Assembly (NCBI GenBank): GCA_951406725.2
Contig: OX597827.1
Coordinates: forward strand, 38,626,001 to 38,690,000
Reading direction: 5' to 3'
From: Octopus vulgaris
Lineage: Eukaryota
DNA length: 64,000 bases
In this document: in pieces, positions 1-17,540 of the stretch
Layout of the letters: every line of letters begins with the position of its first letter
Position numbering within the stretch: the stretch's first letter is position 1
The notes under the pieces: generated by a model
What the model saw: only the letters and a program-made list of their open reading frames with translations
Told to the model about the DNA's origin: nothing
The model's database searches: none
Position numbers and translations under genes: made by a program

Positions 1-465
1 GCTCCAGAAACTGAAAGAAGCCCAACGTATATGTATGTTTATTATATATGTGTGTGCTTCTTTTGTCTTGACATCATGTACATGAGCATCACTTGATGTT
101 CGTTTATTGTTTTCCCTGATGAAATATTACCTTGCTTGGAAACGAGTGAGGGTTGGCAACAGGAAGAGTATCCAGCTATAGAACAATATCTATCTCAACA
201 AATTCTGCTAGTTCATGCAAGCATGGAAAAAGGGACATAAAAATGATGATGGTGTGTGTGTGTGTGTATGTGAGCATGCATCTTGCTTAGTTTTGCAAAG
301 GTGGCAGTGATGTTGTCATTTCTCCTATCAACAAATCATCCATTTACTTTGTACCTTCGAAGCCAGGTGAAATAAGAGATCCTTTCTTCGAAAAACAAGT
401 ATGGGTTAGAGAAAGGAAGAGCATCCAGCTGTAAATCAATACCGCAGTAACACATTCGTCTAACT

Positions 466-711
466 CAGTGGCTCTCAACCATTTTTTTGTACCAATGGAC
501 CCCTTTGATTCCTGTTTTACTCAGGTGGATCCCCCACCCCCCATAGCCATCTGATGTTTTAAAAAATCCTATTTTATAATTAACTAATTAACTATTATTA
601 GGAATTGCTTAAAATGATTGAAATATTTTGTGTATTGTAGAAGTATAACCAATTTATTGCACATACATTTTAATGACAAAATTTTATATGGACCCCAGTT
701 GAAAACCACTG
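466..711. mobile_element. hAT-like non-autonomous DNA transposon (MITE) inserted in a SINE remnant
   Basis: Imperfect TIRs cagtggctctcaacc / agttgaaaaccactg; 8-bp flanks gtctaact / atctaacc (6/8 match, TSD-like); related pieces at ~6441-6660 and ~29087-29417. Confidence 0.6.
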
Positions 712-817
712 ATCTAACCCATGTACGCATATAACAAAAAAAAGACATAAATCAAACACTTACATATACAATATAACTGAAAAAATTTGGTGTCAAGCAT
801 AACTAATATATAGATAT

Positions 818-1194
818 ATATTATAGGATCTTTACCTTTTGCCCGACAGATTTAAAAAATAATTTTTGTAACTAAACACTTTCAAAGTTTGTATACTTGT
901 AGAATGTGTCACATAAAACATCTTTTACTCTTCGCATTGTTGAGAAAATTCTGTACTTTGGAAATTATTTTTTGTTTTATTCAGCTGAATACACATGATT
1001 GATTGGTTGAAATTACCAAAATACGATAACTTTAACAAAAAATAACTTCCAAAATACAGAATTTTCTCAACAATGCCAAGAGTAAAAGATGTTTTATGTG
1101 ACACATTCTACCAGTATACAAAATTTGAAAGTGTTTAGTTACAAAAAATTACTTTTTAAATCTGTCAGTCAAAAGGTAAAGATCCATATTATAT
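818..1194. mobile_element. Foldback/MITE with ~150-bp inverted arms
   Basis: ggatctttaccttttg...gagaaaattctgta (826-~970) is the reverse complement of ~1035-1185; embedded in TA-rich flanks. Confidence 0.7.
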
Positions 1195-1521
1195 ATATAG
1201 CATGGGTGGAACGGTGCCACAAGAGCTGGCCAGGCCAAAGCCTGCACCAGACTTCTGTGTCTGTCTTGGCAGGATTTTTACAGCTGGATGCCCTTCCTAA
1301 CACAAATTTATTTATTTATATCTGCTTATATAGTAACTAAAAATTGTCTGCATTTACTAGCTTCTGTAATATCCCCTTTTAATGGGTTATGTCTTTATAA
1401 CCCTTCATTTGCATATCTTCATATTTGAATAATCAGGATTATTCTATTAATGATTGCACTGAGCAATAATTTTTTTCTTTTTTTTTTCTAATCCTAACAA
1501 TGCTTTCCATTTAACAACAAG

Positions 1522-1527
1522 GAACAG
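1522..1527 (+). CDS. Candidate 6-nt microexon (EQ) of SPPL2-like gene
   Basis: Long U tract, ctaac, tgc, then aag|GAACAG|gtaagt; EQ joins in phase 0 to LPLVFRVP, matching EK-LP(V/M)V in vertebrate SPPL2. Confidence 0.55.
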
Positions 1528-3273
1528 GTAAGTGATTAACTCCTCTTCGTCTTTCTATTCACTGCAAAATTATAAAAAGTTTCTGTCCTGCACTTTGGTT
1601 TGTCTTCAAGTGTTTAAAAATTAAATCATAGCAACAATAATATCAAGTGGCTCTAGTTTTGTTGCTTTCTGCTGATATTTTGGCATGCAGTGAAGGCTAC
1701 TTTTATTGGTGGCATTGTTCAAAGCTGATGATTTCTTTCGTCCTTTAAACAAAACAAATGTTTGTCTCAGCAGTGTTAGAGGGAATCATCAGTTTCTGCT
1801 TTTTTCTGTCTGTCTTTCTTTTTTTTTGCGATTGTACAAAAACCACTAGAAATTGACTTTTAACCCATTAGCATTCAAAACAGCTGAAACCTACTACCAT
1901 ACTGTTTCAGGTAATTAGTCTATTGCTCTTTGAAGAAAAACAGGCAAAATAAAAAATCACAATCTCACAGTTAGTTATGCCATTCCCACACACATCTTTA
2001 TTATTTTCATCATCTCACCAGCATGACTACAGCCTCATGGCTGAAGCACACACAAAAATAAAAATAACATGCCTGGTACTCAGGATGTTTGTTATGAATG
2101 CTTTCTGTGTTGTTATCTCTTCTCTAGTTCAGCTTTTAATTTTTCCAATCTGCTGGCTTAACATATTGAACATTATATAGACAATCAGTTACTATATTGT
2201 TTTTTAAAAAAACCTATCCTGCAGCTGCATTGAGTTAGATCAAGCTGATTGGTTAAAAATATGATCCTCACTAGGTGAACATTGAAGGTTATATATTTTT
2301 ATCTAAAATAAATAAGTGATTATGATTAATTATGGGGAATTGACTTGCAGCATGCTAAAAGCTAATGTTTCCCACTTTATCAGTTCAATCCAGGACCCTT
2401 TTGCAAATAACATGTCATATGTCTATATTGTACTATTAATTAAACCCCTGTTTTTAAACAGATGTCCAGCATCTCACCTTGAATGTCTTGTAATTCTGAA
2501 CTTTTTATTACAACTAGCTTTGGTAGAAGCTGGTTCTACTATCAAAATTATCTGCAATTTCATTGATTTTAAAATGTTTTCATTTTTGAAGTGTTTATGT
2601 ACTCTTCTACAAATTTATTTCTTCATTTGCTAAACAGTAACTATTTTACAGCAGTTCATATATGTATATGTGTATAGACGTATATGTGTTATTTTTTAAA
2701 ATGGTCTTGCTTTATTTAACTTAATCAATTACTTTGTATGCCTATTTTAATAATATTACTGTTTTTTCTCGGCTAATCCACCAGTTTTTCTGTATTTTAA
2801 AACCCTGCAACTTTTTCCTTCTTTGTGCGAGGTCTAACATAAGCTTCACAGCACTTCATACATATGTGTTTGTGCATATAAATGAGACAAAAAGTACTCT
2901 GTACATAGGAGTTTCTTTATAGGTATAGCTGAATCTGTGTGCCAGTGAGTGTCTGAGGGACTTTATTAAAACAAAACCTGACAAGTCATCAATGAGCTGT
3001 TAAAAGAAACACAACATTTCATATTGCTTTCTCTTTCCATCAAACAGAATGGGTCTGACTCTTCACTTGAACATTATAGTTGTTATTAAATTCAACATGT
3101 TGCACCCATAATGAAGTTTATTTATATATATATTTTTGGTCAATCAAAATCTATCCCTCACTTCTCAGTAATGGTTCAATTTTCAAGTTTCCTTCTGTTT
3201 TTCTTCCCCCCACCCATTTTCTCCTCAAATAAATGTTTTGGAAGTTAATTTAACATTTTTTCTTAGATGTCCT

Positions 3274-3588
3274 TTAATCCCTTCAGTCACAGATGAAAAA
3301 GTAAAACTATTTTAAAATTTTATTTTTTATTTATATTAAAATACAAGGTATTCAATATGCTTAATTTTTGGCATGGATAAATTAATTTTGCTAACACTAG
3401 GTAAAAAAAATACTAATTTACATCTGCAACCATCCTCTATGACTTGTATGCAAACACTGAGTCAGAATCACGTGGTCTTGATTATATATGCGTTTTAGAG
3501 GTGTCCAATGAATTGGTAACTGTGACTCAATTATAATTTACACTGAAAAATTGTCCAATACATTGGACAAAGTGACTGAAGGGGTTAA
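3274..3588. mobile_element. piggyBac-like MITE
   Basis: TTAA at both ends; TIR cccttcagtcac / gtgactgaaggg; subterminal palindrome ttgtccaatacattggacaa. Confidence 0.6.
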
Positions 3589-6500
3589 TGGCCTTGAGTG
3601 ACCTTGTTTTGTATAGTAATTTTTATGATGGAAGTATAAAGTAATATCTTTCTCCCAAGATTGAATACTTGCCTCTTCGAGTCCAATTCTTCACTATGGT
3701 TAATGATGTATTTTATCTTCCTAATCAAATCTGTTTCTATGATCCACTTTTTTTGTTTTGTTTTTTAGTTTTGTTTTATTACATCATGCAAGAAAAAACA
3801 ACAGTACCTTTGTCTTTCTCTGATATGCCTTACCTTCTTAAATTGCTGAAATTAGTGTTATTGGTGTGTTTTAACTTGGACTTGAGAATTGGGACAGGAG
3901 TGATGCAGGACTTGGGAAGAATGATCAGATAATGTATATAGTGGAACACAATAGGCTGGAGGAAGAGAAATTAAGGCACTATTTGCTCGTTCAGAGGAGT
4001 TAAAATTGTTGTAGTAGTGGTAACAGAGACAGAAGGAGGGGCCACAGCATATTGCTGAGTTAATGATTGCAGCATGCTAATGAATACATGTTTGCTAGGC
4101 AGTTTTGGGAGTGCACCTTTATTCATGTCAGGGATCGATCTGTTGCATCCCAGATATATGCAATTTCCAATTGTTGGGAATTGCACTTGTTCCTTGTAGA
4201 TGGTCAGCACTTTATCAACACCTTTTTTTTTTTAATTATTTGTCTGGATCTGAGGGTGAAGTCCATTTTCTGAAATGGTTTTAGTTAAGATTGGGGTTAT
4301 TAACTGCATCAACTTTGAAAAGAAATTTTTCAAAATAAGTTTGAAATTTGACATAATGATTTATATTGTGTTATTACTGGAATCCCCTGATTATGTTGAT
4401 GATGCTATCGCCTTTTTTTTTTTTTTAAATCTGGTATTCTATCAGTCTCTTTTGCCAAAGCACTAATTTACAGGGATGTAAACAAACCAAAACTTATTGT
4501 CAAGTGGTGGTAGGACACACACATACACAATGGGCTTCCACACAGTTTCCATCTACCAAAATTCACTCACAAGGCACTGGTCAGCCTGGGAGCTACAGCA
4601 GAAGACACTTACCCAAGGTGCCATATAGTGGGACTGAACCCCAAACCACATGATTGCATTAGCAAACTTCTTAACCACACAGTCATTACCTGTGCCTATA
4701 AGAGTTTACTCTCACCCCACCCACCAAAGAAAATATCTAAACAGTTATATATCAGAGGTTCACCAAGCAATCACAAATATAGTGGCTCAATACTGACCTC
4801 GTTTAAAGATCAATTGTTTTCAGATGCAAATAATGACACTTACTGGAATTAGTAAGTTAGTAACAGTTTTAGGTTTGCATGAATTGGATTGGAAATGAAA
4901 ACAGGTGATGTTGCTGTGTTAGGAGATGAAGATGAAATAAGGATGGTTGATTTGGTTAAAACCCGTTATTTGCTATGGAGCTACTCTTCATTACTCTTCC
5001 ATGAAGGCTTGATCTTTTTTCTTATCATCATAATCATCATCATTATTATTAATCTCTTCTTTTGTCCAGTAAGTTCTTGGACCACTACTATAGACTGCCA
5101 AAGATTCTCACTCCATCTTTCTGCTGCTTCATTCCCTTCTGAGAAGAGATTGTCCATATTGATCTATTTGTTTGGTGCTATCTTTTTCCTGTCACTGTCA
5201 TCATCTTCATGGAGACTGTCTCCATGCTTGCTTAGTCGTTTTCAGAAAATTATGTAATCCCTGTCTCTCATTGTCTCTTCTACTTCTATTACAACTGATC
5301 TTCTTCCTCTGTATACCATTTCTATCCAGATCCAACTTCTCTCATTACTCTCAACACCCTCTCCCACTAACTTTGTATTGTATTATTGTGTTGTACACAT
5401 TGCAACTCATCATTACTCCTCTACCTCCTGAGTTGATGATGGGAGGTACAAAGAATGTGGGACCTGCCCCTCTTCCTTGGGATGAAATAATTGAGCGAAA
5501 ACGAAGTTAACCTCTCTTACCTGTTAATGCGATGCTTCTAATACCCAGAAACATCACCTGTTCAAAACACATTGAGGCTATGATTAGACTTTATTAATTA
5601 GCTTTGTGGTTGTTCTTTATTTCTTAACAGTTGGAGAGGCTGATAAAAACTAATCTCCTTAAAGCCACTTCTCTGTTATGGATTAATCAGTAACCTAAGA
5701 TTGATGGAGGTGGAGTGCATCATTCTGAGAAGCCTCTACCACATCAGTATAATAACTCTTTCCATAACTTCAACACATCAGCCTTTCTGTGGATATTTGA
5801 CTAAGTAGCTCACTTCCTCACCAAAAGTTCAGTTCCACTGCTTGACACCTTAGGGAAGTGCCTTCTTCTGTAGACCTGGTCTGACCAAAGCTTTGTGAAT
5901 AGATTTGGTAGATGAAATCTGAAAAGAGTGTGTGTGTCCTTGTATTGACATCATCTGATGGCTGTAACCATTTCCAGTCTGCTGTAGAAACTTGCCTAAC
6001 CAAGGTGGAATTGGGTGGGAAACCTTTCTTGGGAATAGGTGAGGGTTGTTGATAGGTAGAGCATCCAGCTTTAGGAAATCTGCCTCAATGAATTTCATTT
6101 GATACATGCGAGCATGGAAAAGGGGATATTAAAACAATAATAGCAGTGATGATGGCCTCCATTGAATGTTCTCACTGCACTTCATTATATAACATGCATG
6201 TTCAGAGAAAGATATATATCTGTTTCAGTCTTTGGAATACTATCGTAAGCATCTCGTCCCAAAATCAAAAGCATAGAACATCGCAAACACCTTGTTCCAA
6301 ATTCAAAAGCTTTGAGAAAGTCAGTCAGTCAAGATGGGGGTGTAGACAGTTGTCCAAGTTCTCAACCACCAATGTTATTCTCTTATAGAAGAATCCACTG
6401 AAGTCAAAGAAGAAAATGACAATACTGAAGATAATCTGAACTAGGGGTTCTCAACCATTTTTTATTCATGGACCCCTTACTAGTGGGTCCCATAACCATT

Positions 6501-7206
6501 CAATGTTTAAAAACTAGTCTTAAAGAAACTTTTTCCAAAATTCCAGTTTTGTTTTTCACACTTTAACTTGTGTAAGTTGAACTATGTAAAATGTTAGAAA
6601 AAAACAAACAAACCTAGCTGTTTCTAGCAATACATATCAATACATATATCTAAAGTGAAATTTCGATATATGTTGTATGTTGTATGCAAAAGAAAAACTA
6701 AAATGAAGTGTTCTTTACTAATACTTATTTGTCTTGCATCAATCCCAGTTTTGATTTTGTTTTGATTTTTGTTCTGTATTGGTAATGTGGTGGTGGCGGA
6801 GTTGGAATTCATTATATTTTTCTTTATTCCAGATAACAAACTTTTGGATATATTTCGTTTTCCCTTCTGTTTAATTTTTACTTTACAACTTAAATGTCAT
6901 GCAATTTTGTCACTACACAGATCAAGTCACTAGAGAGTATACATACACATATGTATACACATACACACATATATTGCATACTTTTATTAATTTACTGGTT
7001 TTCATCATTGGGCTGTGGCCACGCTGGTGGATACTACCTTGTATAGTTTATTTACATCAATCCGAGTACTGATTTTTTATTCACTGGAAATTATTTTATC
7101 AATCCCAGAACAATATAAGACAAAGTGAACCTGAGTGAGATTTGGACTTGGAATTACATATATATATATAATCAGTGAAGCTAATCCTTTTTGTTTTTAT
7201 TTTCAG

Positions 7207-7306
7207 CTCCCTCTAGTTTTCCGAGTGCCTCCTTTGTTTCCGTCTCATCCCTCAGTGTGTTTTGTACAGGAGTCGCTTCTGGGCTTTGGCGACGTCATAT
7301 TACCAG
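7207..7306 (+). CDS. SPPL2: SPPL2-like intramembrane aspartyl protease, GxGD exon
   Basis: tttcag|LPLVFRVPPLFPSHPSVCFVQESLLGFGDVILP(G)|gtaag; catalytic LGFGD motif; phase 0 to 1. Confidence 0.95.
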
Positions 7307-8194
7307 GTAAGGGTTGCTTCTCTCTCAACGAGGAATAATTCCTATATTCGTTACAACTGTCCTACACACCTCTTGAACTCGAGACATAATTGCTTTCCTA
7401 TCCAAGTTTGAACTTGTCAGGTGACTTCTAAAGAGGAAAATGCAAGCAGTGGTGTTTGGAAGAATTCCAGGAGAGTACAGTCGCACATTCTCTTGGAAAG
7501 GTTACTCAACTAATTGGCATGCTGTCACTTTCTGACAAGCTCCAGCCTTTGGCCCACAAAGGTACTGTGTCTACTCTCTGTTATTTTCCAACTGCTACAA
7601 CAAGGGTCTCTGCTGCTCAAAGCTGGCTGGTCCCATGAAGCACTCGACTGACTCATCTCTCCTTTCATCATCCACATTGTATCCAACCCTGCTACCACAA
7701 GCCCACACTAACCGATATACTCAACTTTTTCTCCTCAGAATGTCAGCCCTCTTGAATTCCTACTCCCATGCATCTGCCTTACCTGCAGTCATCAACTTGC
7801 CTCAGTTCATGCAGACCATTAACAGCATCAGTCTTGCCAGACTCAGAGATTATGGTCACTACTCCTCTCTCCAGACCTAGCTAAAAAACATTGTTTATAA
7901 CTCTGTCTGCCTTGATTGAGTAAATCTGTGATTGACAGCATTCTAGCCATGATAACTCTGTCCTTTTTGGGTATCGGGTTCTCTCATTTAAAAAAAACAA
8001 AACTGCAGAGTATATTTGAGACAATTTGACTGCTGTTTCTAGCAAGTCAAATCATTATGTAATAGTTCCCTAATTGTCTCACAAAGCGTTAAACTGTGAG
8101 TTAGAAATCATTGTTTGAAGATGTAATACAACATAGATGTTAAGCCTTGTTTTGATGTAGAAAATATTTTATATTGATGTTGTTATCGTTACAG

Positions 8195-8272
8195 GTGTAC
8201 TGGTTGTCTACAGTCATATTTTTGATATCTATGTCCGAGCAAAGAAACTTTATCTCGTTATTTCTATTTTTG
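8195..8272 (+). CDS. SPPL2: SPPL2-like exon
   Basis: ttacag|(G)VLVVYSHIFDIYVRAKKLYLVISIF(G)|gtaagc; phase 1 to 1; resembles GLLVAYCxRFD segment of SPPL2. Confidence 0.92.
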
Positions 8273-8706
8273 GTAAGCATTGATGACTTTCTTTTCATTG
8301 AAACTGAATTTTAATTAGTTTGGTGGCTAATTAGTGTTGATGTTGCTTGTGTTTATTCTATCTTCATTATAAGTCATTATGTACCTCATATTTTAAAGAT
8401 TGTATGATGGTTGTTATGATTTAGTTGCCACATTGAACAGATTTAGCAAATCTCCAAATCTAAATCAGATTATGTAGTGATTGTGGCACTGACTCCAGAG
8501 GTCCCTGGTTTAAACACAGTATAGTTAAGTATGATTCTGCTGCTACATTGAACAGGTCAAATGACTGGCAGAATTCATAAAGTGTCAAACAAAATGAATT
8601 TTATGGTCTGAGTTCAAATCTTGCCAAGTACAAATCAAGTACTAGGGATCAGTTTAATATTCCTTTAAAGCATCCTAGATGTGAATAGAATTATAATTGT
8701 AAAGAT

Positions 8707-9137
8707 GCAGGTATGGCTGTGTGGTCAAGATGTTTGCTTCTCAGCCACATTTTCTGGTTCAGTCCCACTGCATGGCACTTTGCACAAGTGTCTTCTATAG
8801 CTCAGGCCCACCAAAGCCTTGTGAGTGGATTTGGTAGATGGAAATTGTAAGAAGCTTGTCGTGTGTGTATTTAAATAAATACATATATATATATAATGTT
8901 TGTGTCTCCTTGTCTTGATATTGCATGGTAGCTGTAAATGAATGTCACTGTTATACATGCTGTGTCATTCAATTCCAATATTCTATGTAAACTTGCCTGG
9001 CCATGGGGAAATATTACCATGTTTAGAAACCGGTGGGGGTTGGTGACAGGAATGGCATCCAGCCATAGAAAATGTTTCAATGTATTCCACCTGACCTATG
9101 CAGGCATGGAAAAATAGACAATAAAACAATGATGATG
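8707..9137 (+). mobile_element. tRNA-head SINE (family A) with RTE-like 3' tail
   Basis: Head gcaggtatggctgtgtggt...gttcagtcccactg; many similar copies (e.g. ~4430-4695 -, ~51040-51380 -, ~52190-52510 +, ~63424-63905 +); ends in (gat)n-like tail. Confidence 0.7.
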
Positions 9138-10114
9138 GTCAACTAAGAAAGCCATAGAAGTAATTTTGCTGGCTGAAGAGGCCTTTGACAGTTTGGTGAT
9201 TTTTAGAAATAATTTAGCTGCCCTCGTTCAAACAGTCACATAACAATATAGTTGTACTTTCACAGAAAAGTCTCTGTTTTAAAGACAATAGTAATTGTTG
9301 AAGATGATTTTTACTGCAAAGAGACTTTCACTATGTTAGTAATTTGCCAGTCTATCTATGGTGACAACCTTGGCATTATTCATGGATTTGAGAATTCAGG
9401 CAGCATGTCCAAGAGTGGATGACAAGTCTAGTATGAATGTAAAACCTCCTATTCACATTGGGCAGACATTTTTCAAACTCTGTGCTATTGCAATGAGAGC
9501 TCTGGAATTTCATAGCTCTTATCTTTCTGCTCAGCTTGTCTTGTGCCAGTTTACTCAGATGCTTTGGAACCTTCCTGATCATGCTGAGCTAGGTATCTCT
9601 CTTGGAAGCAAGGTTCTCCCATGATTCTGGAATGACATTTGTGTACCTTAACTGATCCATAAAGACTACTGTTTTAATGAAGTAATTAAATCAAACTCAT
9701 TACTTGGAAGGATGTAAAACAGTTGCCCTCAGCAGTATTGACGTAACTATCACAAAGTATTTAGTCCACTGCCCTACCAATTCTGGCAATCCACCTTAAT
9801 TTTGCAGTTCAATAATAATAAAATTAAACTACCATATTTTCTAGCATACAAATCAAATTTTTCTGACAAATTTACAGCCAAAACAAGATAGATTGACTTA
9901 TACAATGAAGATGATTTAGGAGGACTAAAAATTTCATGTGAAATACACCAGGGCTTAGCAAGATAATGGCGAGGCTTGAATCTTAACTCTACATACTACA
10001 TTGATTTGTATGCTGGAAAATACTGTAAAAGCTTATTTAGTTATCATTTTTGTCTGTTTCTTAATATGTATATTTATATATTTACTATTCTTTGATTTTT
10101 TTCTTTATTTTTAG

Positions 10115-10272
10115 GTTATTTACTTGGATTGCTTCTTGCCTTTGTTGCTTTAACTCTAATGCAAGCCGGCCAGCCAGCATTGTTGTACCTTGTGCCTACT
10201 GTGCTCTTGTCAGCTGTCATTCCATCTTGTTGTCGAGGAGAATTTAGAGAAATGTGGACTGGAGATTTTTTG
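10115..10272 (+). CDS. SPPL2: SPPL2-like exon with PAL motif
   Basis: ttttag|(G)YLLGLLLAFVALTLMQAGQPALLYLVPTVLLSAVIPSCCRGEFREMWTGDFL|gttagt; QPALLYLVP signature; phase 1 to 0. Confidence 0.96.
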
Positions 10273-10442
10273 GTTAGTTTGTTTTATCAATAAATCTTTG
10301 TGAGATGTGCATGTGTATGCCTTAAGTGTGTTATATAATTTAACAGGCTCCAAAGAGATATGAATTGGTCAGCATGAGCAAGACTAGTACCATTTAATAA
10401 AATTGACAAAAGAAGTAAACTTACACTACCATGTATTTATAT

Positions 10443-15343
<4,901 letters not shown>

Positions 15344-15520
15344 CTACAAAATTAGAAAATGGAGAAACATACTTAAATCAATCAAACATCAACCATCAGA
15401 TGATACCCAATCAATACTTTATTACACCATTACATAACAGCAAAGGCATTATACAAAATATATTGTAAATATAATTAGACAAGGAAATAGAAATATAAAA
15501 TATAATATATAATTATATCA

Positions 15521-15634
15521 TATCTGACAGCTGTTTCGGCCGTAAGGACAAGTATGCCTCATTTAACCTATAAGCCATATAAGGCAGGTATAAATGAGAC
15601 ATTAACAAGGATGTCCCACGGCCTCTTCAGAGAA
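15521..15634 (-). ncRNA. Type I hammerhead ribozyme motif with long stem II, in a Penelope-like/retrozyme-like element (~15345-15700)
   Basis: Minus strand reads ucu-CUGAAGA-ggccguggga...uccuuacggcc-GAAA-cagcug-UC-aga; intact core, G-C closing pair, palindromic stem III, GUC site. Confidence 0.8.
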
Positions 15635-15789
15635 TTTAATTTATTATAAGTGTGAAAAAAATTTTTTTATAAATATAAAAATATAAAATATAAAAACGTG
15701 TGCATAGACACTCATAATACTACACATATATATATTCTCATTAATACAATAATACAAAATAAACAAAACAAAATATATCAATATATATA

Positions 15790-16096
15790 TCTTTATATAT
15801 AAAATTGAAGTTGTGTGTGTGAGACTCTGTCTCTTCCGATTTAGATTCCTAACTACTCCCACATTTTGCGGTGCAGCTTAACCAAAAGCGGGTATTTTAT
15901 AGTCGTCAATCATATCGGGCCCTTCTGTGTATTAGCGCGCGTCTACAATGAGTCTACGATTTAAAAAAAAATTTACCATCATTTTTCCGCATTTTTAATG
16001 ATTTTTGCTCGGGTTATATAAGGGAAGTAACTTTCTAAAAATGCTTATATAGTTATTTCCCTTACAAACCTGAGCAACGCCGGGCGATACTGCTAG
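15790..16096 (+). mobile_element. Non-autonomous Helitron
   Basis: A|TC start, subterminal hairpin cctgagcaacgccggg, CTAG|T end, no TSD; CpG-rich relative to flanks. Confidence 0.75.
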
Positions 16097-16310
16097 TATA
16101 TATATATAAAATTAAGCACTAACAACAAAAATGTATAAAAACAAAGTAAACAGAACACAATTAAAAATTCACTTATCAGTTGTCTGCTGGTACCATTGCA
16201 ATTCTGATGTGTAAGACACAGTTGCTATCACCCAGTGGCATTAGCAACCTCCAGAAAGGGCTGCTTGGGGGTAATGCAGGGGAAACAAGATAAAAGATAT
16301 GCAAATTATA

Positions 16311-17540
16311 TTACATCTTCCCATAAATAATGCGTTTTTTTATACTTCTTTTATTTTTCAAAATTAAGATAAACATACTTCTTTTTTAATCTAAAATATA
16401 CTCTTCTGAAATTCACTTGTATGTGATGAAAAATACTCCTCCATTACTGTTCTGACCTCGTCTACAGAATTCATATTTTTTCTGTCCAAATGATTTTGAA
16501 GACTGCAGAGTAAATGATAATCAGATGGGGCAATATCCGGTGAATATGGTAGGTGGGGCATCAATTCCCATTCAAACTGCTCCATTCTTTGGAATATCAT
16601 TCTCGTTGTATGTGGCTGAACATTATCCTGATGGAAGCATATCTTTTATCTTGAAACCGAAGATGGTTGTTTTTCTTCTAGTGCTGACTTAAGCCGCTCA
16701 AGCTGCTTGCAGTAGATCTCCTTTGTTATCGTTTGGTTGGAGTTTAAAAGTTCAAAGTGGACTAAACCTTTCATATCCCACCAAACAGATAACAACACCT
16801 TATGTGGTTGAAGTCCTTTTTTAGTCTGGGGTGTCAGTGTTTCTCCTTTCCCTACCCACTGTCTTCAGCACTTGACATTTTATAGAGAACCCATTTCTTA
16901 TGAGTCACTATTCCATCCAAAAATACTTAATTTGTGAAATGTGACGGCAAAGAAGAGCACATATTCACTCTCTGCATGTGATCAGACTTGGAAAGTTTGT
17001 GAGGAACCCATTGACCCAATTTACTAACTCTTCTGATGGCACACAGTTGTTGATGAATGGTTCAATGACCAAACCCAAGCTTCTCTGCTTGTTCCTCAAT
17101 AGTTACAATGGGATTTTGTTCCACCAGGGTTTGCAGGATGTCCTCATTGAGCTCTACAGATCTTCCAGGACAAGACTCGTCTTCTTGGCTGTAGTTCCCA
17201 GCTCTGAATTTCTGGAATCACTGCTGACATTGGCTTATGCTTATTGTCTGATCCCCATATACTGCGTTAATATTCCTTGCACTTTCCATTGTGTTGTTGC
17301 CTTTATTGAACTCATAAGGCAAAATATGCCGAATATGCTCCTTTGTCACTTCCTTTATAACTTGGAAAAAATAACTGTTAAAATCGAACTGCACTCTTCA
17401 AAACTTGCACTAAGTAATTTTACCTTGTACTTATTCTATCTGCTTTTATAGCAAGTTGATGGGGTGGTTTATCCTGCCCCGCCCTCCAACTTTTAGTTCA
17501 TGCAATTGAAAAAATCAGCATTATTTATGGGATGACCCAA
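16311..17540 (-). mobile_element. Full-length decayed mariner (Tc1/mariner) transposon
   Basis: TIRs ttacatcttcccataaataatgc / gcattatttatgggatgacccaa flanked by TA; minus-strand WVPHKL and HLPYSPDIAPSDY transposase motifs; frame disrupted. Confidence 0.92.

Noticed and set aside
9240-9625. Possible ancient LINE RT remnant (also ~5060-5260 and ~21560-22120)
   Set aside because: Too degenerate to support by eye; needs a translated search
16978-17451. 157-aa + strand ORF
   Set aside because: Antisense shadow of the decayed mariner transposase
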